From an uncultured Candidatus Saccharibacteria bacterium (GTDB lineage Bacteria; Patescibacteriota; Minisyncoccia; Phycocordibacterales; UBA918): a stretch of 64,000 bases of DNA. Positions 59,621-64,000 of this stretch are shown piece after piece. Position 1 is the stretch's first letter; the number at the start of each line of letters is the position of its first letter. A program made the position numbers and the translations under genes. Below the pieces are notes generated by a model. It did not search any database. It saw nothing but the letters and a program-made list of their open reading frames with translations, and was not told where the DNA came from. The stretch lies in assembly GCA_964638425.1 (NCBI GenBank), contig CAZWYM010000002.1, positions 2,547 to 66,546 on the forward strand. Reading direction: 5' to 3'.

Positions 59621-60541
59621 CTACAACCAGCGCGTACGGAGGAAATGAACAGTCCCCACAACTGCAGTTACGATAATGAGGAGAACAATCCAAAATCCAA
59701 ACGGATTATTTCCAAACGGGATAATGACATTCATACCAAAGAGCGATGAAACGAGGGTTGGTATGGTGAGGACAATCGTGAGAGCGGTGAGTGTTCTAAT
59801 GGTGCTGTTCAAATTTTGTGTAAGGATTGCCTCACTTGCACCTCGAATGTTTTGAATTGTCTTTAAAATTGCCTTTGATGAATCGACGAGCTGGTTGTAC
59901 CCAATGAGCAAGTCTTCGAGAAGTTCCAAATCTTCACTAAAAAGCTGAATGTAGTTACCTTTTGTAAGTTGGTGAAGCCAAGCATTCGTCGGTGTAAGCG
60001 CTGCGATAGTTTCGTTTAGTTCCTGCTCGAAAAACACAAGTCGCTGTATTTCATTAGCTCCAATAGTACGCACCTTACCCATGTCTCGGTATACCATTCT
60101 TCGGGTACGTGTAAGCTTCTTTTCGTATGTTCCCATGAGCTCCTCTAGGAATTCAAGAAATAGCTTTGTTTTTTGTGTAGTAGAAAAACTTCTCTTCCCT
60201 TGAATAAACTTGTTGAGAAATGGCACTTCCCTTTCAGCAATAGTAATGAGAAACGTCTTCCCGAGAACAATGAGGAGTGGTGCAGTATCAATATCAAAAT
60301 CTTTCACATCGTATGGATACCGTGTAAAGAAGTATGAAACACCATCCTCCTGTTCAAAGCGCGGTACCTCAAAAAAGTCTTTAATATCCTCAATAATTGA
60401 GTCATCAAGCTTGTATTTTTCAATAATACTTTGAAGTTCTTCCTCACTTGAAGCCACCATATGAGTCCAGCTATTTGGCTTTGAGCTCGGGAGTGTTTGG
60501 AGTTCACTCTCCTCTGTTTCTTTGTAGTAGTGCGTAATCAT
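59621..60541 (-). CDS. corA: CorA family Mg2+ transporter
   Basis: PTLVSSLFGMN signature and two C-terminal transmembrane helices. Confidence 0.9.
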   Translation of the reverse strand: MITHYYKETEESELQTLPSSKPNSWTHMVASSEEELQSIIEKYKLDDSIIEDIKDFFEVPRFEQEDGVSYFFTRYPYDVKDFDIDTAPLLIVLGKTFLITIAEREVPFLNKFIQGKRSFSTTQKTKLFLEFLEELMGTYEKKLTRTRRMVYRDMGKVRTIGANEIQRLVFFEQELNETIAALTPTNAWLHQLTKGNYIQLFSEDLELLEDLLIGYNQLVDSSKAILKTIQNIRGASEAILTQNLNSTIRTLTALTIVLTIPTLVSSLFGMNVIIPFGNNPFGFWIVLLIIVTAVVGTVHFLRTRWL

Positions 60542-60885
60542 TTGCGGATTATAACAGACTTGAGTTATTCAGTCTCGCATTTTTTGCATTAGGGTGGTAT
60601 TATCGTGGTCACGAAATGAGGAATTCCTGGTTTCGTAAGTGAGGAGGTGTATCTTCGCCTATTGGCTCGATACATTCCCTCCCCGCTCAAGGTGTGTGAA
60701 ATCGGGGTGTATGTTCCATACAACCCTTCTTCGCTCGGACATAGTGGTAGTGTACGCGGTTTGGGGTTCTTTAAGGTGTCTTTGTTACTGATTCTCGTCC
60801 TTGTCTGGGTCGGGGTGTAAGCAAGTAGCTTTCACCCCCGAGCTCAAAGATTAAATGCAAAATAATTTGCGCTTATCTTCTCGCT

Positions 60886-60956
60886 CGGGGTGTAGCATAG
60901 TGGTAGTGTACGCGGTTTGGGACCGTGTGGTCCGGGTTCGATTCCCGGCTCCCCGA
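60886..60956 (+). tRNA. tRNA-Pro (TGG)
   Basis: CGGGGTG/CTCCCCG acceptor stem (one mismatch), TTTGGGA anticodon loop, GTTCGATTC T loop. Confidence 0.92.
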
Positions 60957-61320
60957 CCCAGATCAGGACGAAGACACCTTAAAGAACCAACAATCTTGGA
61001 GATTGTTGCGGTTTTCGAAGAAAAGTGTGGTCCGGGTCTTGCGATAGTCACCCAGACTATCTCACCCGTTCTCCCCGACAAATACGAAAAGACCGCCAAC
61101 TGGCGGTCTTTTCGTATTTGTCGGGGAATCGAAAATGTCTGAGTATATCGCAACAAGCCTGTGGCGAAGTGAAAAGGGAAAGATTCCCAATGTATGTGGC
61201 TATTTCTATATTACTAGCCACATTACTAAGTAATGTCCTTTATAACAGTGACATTCTCAAAAATAGGAGTATTATCGTGCACAGATTTGTTTCTCAAATA
61301 TTTTGACTAAGGGGGATCTG

Positions 61321-61509
61321 ATGAAAATGAAATACTTTGTTTCATATGTTACCAAACATGGTGACGAACCTTATGTATTTCTAAACTCGACAATAGAAAC
61401 TGAGGGTGAAATATCAACTGCAGATATTCAGAATTTCGAAAAGAAAGTTCGTTCTATTCGAGCAATAGACAAAGCGCAGGTCCTATTCTTTAATAAGATA
61501 GCTGGCTAA
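61321..61509 (+). CDS. small hypothetical protein
   Basis: 62 aa ORF from ATG 61321 after AAGGGGGA. Confidence 0.55.
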   Translation: MKMKYFVSYVTKHGDEPYVFLNSTIETEGEISTADIQNFEKKVRSIRAIDKAQVLFFNKIAG

Positions 61510-61530
61510 AAGCCATACATTTCAAGCCTT

Positions 61531-62052
61531 TGTTCCATGTGGAACAAAGGCTTTTTGTTTCACGTGGAACAAAATATACCTGTTCCACGTGGAATCTATT
61601 CAAAAACCACATTATCAAGCATATGCACCTGCGCAAACTTTCTACGTGGAACTAAACGTACGGTAAGAATATCAATCTGAAATTCCCCAGTATATTTCCT
61701 ATCTGCAAGCCATGATTGAATTGTATTCTTCAACCTCCTTATCTTCTCATTATGCACATTCTCCTCAGGTCGCCACGTTTCATGTGAAACAGCATACTTT
61801 AATTCCTGTGTTGTTTCATATGAAACGGTTTTTACCTCGATAAAGTGAATTTTTCTTGTTTCACGTGCAACAATATCAATTTCCCCGTATTTCTTAAGGT
61901 AATTTCGGTCAATAATTTCATACCCATTAGAAACAAGCCATTTTGCTCCCAGATCCTCACCAATTTTTCCTATTTCGTTATGTTTAGCCATGTCGCTTCA
62001 TGTGGAACTATATAACAGAAGATACATTCATGCCAGTGTTTCACGTGAAACA
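61531..62052. promoter_or_regulatory. parS (ParB-binding) site cluster
   Basis: TGTTTCACGTGAAACA perfect at 62037-62052; variants at 61531, 61556, 61581, 61776, 61812, 61857, 61994, weak 61638. Confidence 0.85.
61596..61991 (-). CDS. YraN family (UPF0102) nuclease-like protein
   Basis: GKIGEDLG...RNY...GEIDIVA...FIEVK. Confidence 0.9.
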   Translation of the reverse strand: MAKHNEIGKIGEDLGAKWLVSNGYEIIDRNYLKKYGEIDIVARETRKIHFIEVKTVSYETTQELKYAVSHETWRPEENVHNEKIRRLKNTIQSWLADRKYTGEFQIDILTVRLVPRRKFAQVHMLDNVVFE

Positions 62053-62190
62053 ATAACAAATATAATATATTGCGATATAATCGTTGATCTGTATGTTATT
62101 AGCCATTTTTTAAGGACATATTTATTAAAATTTTTGTCCTTTATACACATATCAACTCGTTTATCCCCAGTTATCCACCATGTGGATTTC
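62053..62190. other. candidate replication origin (AT-rich tract plus DnaA boxes)
   Basis: TTATACACA 62141, TTATCCCCA 62161, TTATCCACC 62171, TGTGGATTT 62181; next to the parS cluster. Confidence 0.55.
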
Positions 62191-62282
62191 TAGTAGAGGA
62201 TTTGTCTTTTATGGGGTAGGGGGATCGAAAGCTTACTTGAACAAAATCGAAACCTGACGGTTACTAATAACCAGTACTTGGT

Positions 62283-62372
62283 GTCAGGTTTCTAAGTTCG
62301 TTACACTCACTAAGAACCTCCTACCCGACCTCGCGGTTTCGCCATAAATTATAGGCGAAACATCGCTCCGGT
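62283..62372 (-). repeat. family A core downstream of tRNA-Gly(GCC)
   Basis: Colinear and strongly similar to 21652-21743. Confidence 0.8.
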
Positions 62373-62421
62373 TCACAAAACTAAAAAACACTGCGTAGGC
62401 AGTGTTTTTCTTTACGTTTTG

Positions 62422-62492
62422 TGCGGCCAGGGGTAATCGAAACCCCGACTAATCCTTGGCAAGGACTCGTTATACCACTTAACCATGGCCGC
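62422..62492 (-). tRNA. tRNA-Gly (GCC)
   Basis: GCGGCCA/TGGCCGC acceptor stem, TTGCCAA anticodon loop, TTCGATT T loop. Confidence 0.94.
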
Positions 62493-62738
62493 ATGTATTA
62501 CTTCCGGAAGAAGTGACTAGGATTATAGTATTTATATGAGGGGAGTGCAATGTGGAAGGAGGGACTCGTCCCGCTTTTTCTAATTCGTTTCACTCATAAG
62601 TGCCCCCTGCCCGGAGGGACTCGAATTCTACAAATTCTGTTCAGGTTGTATGAAATTTATTCAAAATTTCGACAACCACTTCGGGTCCCTACGCATACAA
62701 ATTGAAAAAGACCCCATGAAGGGGTCATTTTCAATTTG

Positions 62739-62810
62739 TGCACCCGGAGGGACTCGAACCCCCGACGACTGATCCGAAGTCAGTAATGATATCCACTTCA
62801 CCACGGGTGC
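62739..62810 (-). tRNA. tRNA-Arg (TCG)
   Basis: GCACCCG/CGGGTGC acceptor stem, CTTCGGA anticodon loop, GTTCGAGTC T loop. Confidence 0.94.
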
Positions 62811-62873
62811 GGTGACGACTGGGATATCATACGTTCAAGAAGGCGAAATTGCAACGATTTTCTGCTACAATCT

Positions 62874-64000
62874 ATGCATATGATTGTCCGAAGTGAAATA
62901 CCAAAAGAAGTCCAGCATGTTGCAGATACTCTCGAACATCGAGGTTTTGAGGCGTATCTCGTAGGTGGTTGTGTCCGCGACTTACTCATTGGGAAGACTC
63001 CGAAAGACTGGGACATCACTACTGATGCACATCCAACTGAAATCGAGAGCTTGTTTCCTGATACATATCTCAACAATGACTTTGGAACAGTGGGTGTTGT
63101 TAATAAGGAAACAGAGAATGAGGCACTTCGAATAGTTGAAGTAACACCATTTCGAACAGAATCAGAATATTCTGATTCACGTCGACCAGATTCAGTTTCA
63201 TTTGGAGTTTCTCTCGCAGAGGATTTGAAGCGAAGAGATTTTACAGTAAACGCCATCGCCTACCGACTTAAGGATGAAAAAATAGTAGATCTCTTTGAAG
63301 GGGAGGGGGATATTAAACACAGACGCCTTCGAGCGGTTGGTGAGGCTACTGAACGTTTTAAGGAAGATGCGCTTCGCATGATGCGTGCAGTACGTCTTGC
63401 AGTTGAACTTGATTTTGTTATTGAAGGGGAAACGATGCGTGCAATTTCTGAAAATAGCGCTAACTTAGAACGAATTTCAAAGGAGCGTATTCGAGACGAA
63501 TTCATTCGTATCTTGAATTCGAAACAACCAATGCAGGGGATTATTTTCTTAGAAAAGCTGGGTCTTCTTCAGTATATTGCCCCAGATTTACTCACAGGTA
63601 TTGGTGTTGAGCAAAATCAAGCGCATGCATACGATGTATATGAGCACTTACTCCGCACTATGCAACACGCAGCGGATAAGGATTGGGATTTTGATATACG
63701 ACTTGCTGGTCTCTTCCATGATGTATCGAAGCCACACACAAGGCGGTGGTCTGATGAGAAAAAAGATTGGACATTCCACGGACATGAGGTGGTAGGTGCA
63801 AAAATGACCAAGAAGGCACTCCAAGACTTAAAATTCCCCCGAGAGAAAATCGAGCGCGTAGTGAAGCTTGTTCGGTGGCACATGTTTTTTAGTGACCCTG
63901 ACCAAGTGAGCCTTTCTGCGGTACGAAGAACTATTTCGAATGTTGGAGAAGAAAACATCTGGGACCTACTCAAACTTCGAAGATGCGACCGTATCGGAAC
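62874..64000 (+). CDS. cca: CCA-adding tRNA nucleotidyltransferase / poly(A) polymerase family with HD domain (partial)
   Basis: Hand translation: AYLVGGCVRDLL...KDWDITT...EDLKRRDFTVNA...EDALRMMRAVR...LFHDVSK; runs off right edge. Confidence 0.93.
   Translation, partial: MHMIVRSEIPKEVQHVADTLEHRGFEAYLVGGCVRDLLIGKTPKDWDITTDAHPTEIESLFPDTYLNNDFGTVGVVNKETENEALRIVEVTPFRTESEYSDSRRPDSVSFGVSLAEDLKRRDFTVNAIAYRLKDEKIVDLFEGEGDIKHRRLRAVGEATERFKEDALRMMRAVRLAVELDFVIEGETMRAISENSANLERISKERIRDEFIRILNSKQPMQGIIFLEKLGLLQYIAPDLLTGIGVEQNQAHAYDVYEHLLRTMQHAADKDWDFDIRLAGLFHDVSKPHTRRWSDEKKDWTFHGHEVVGAKMTKKALQDLKFPREKIERVVKLVRWHMFFSDPDQVSLSAVRRTISNVGEENIWDLLKLRRCDRIG

Noticed and set aside
60851-61306. ORFs overlapping tRNA-Pro and its trailer
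   Set aside because: They run across the tRNA and palindromes and show no protein features.
1-64000. Alternative genetic code (UGA as Gly, code 25)
   Set aside because: Conserved genes translate to full length in code 11, TGA ends pirin and the ECF sigma gene, and the Gly tRNAs read TCC and GCC.

Overview
Core-genome window from a small-genome bacterium. Gene content and style suggest Patescibacteria/CPR, Parcubacteria-like (inference, no search run). It holds a fragmented S10/spc/str ribosomal-protein cluster on the minus strand, tuf, fusA, competence and type IV pilus genes, recJ, pgk, tpiA, nusA, tig, clpP, rny, hup, four tRNAs, a parS cluster and a candidate oriC near 62.1 kb. The main unexplained signal is a family of short, protein-free, highly structured intergenic elements at the 3' ends of conserved genes (rplE, rplB, fusA, recJ, clpP, possibly rpsL), of tRNAs and of one terminator. 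Each follows the layout [gene 3' end]-[antisense copy of that end]-[conserved covarying core]-[second, recoded copy of the 3' end]. Elements are stacked at fusA and rplB, and at rplB they bracket a 5.7 kb alpha-glucan gene cargo. This looks like a re-targetable, non-disruptive insertion system whose enzyme is not visible in the window. All alignments were done by eye.
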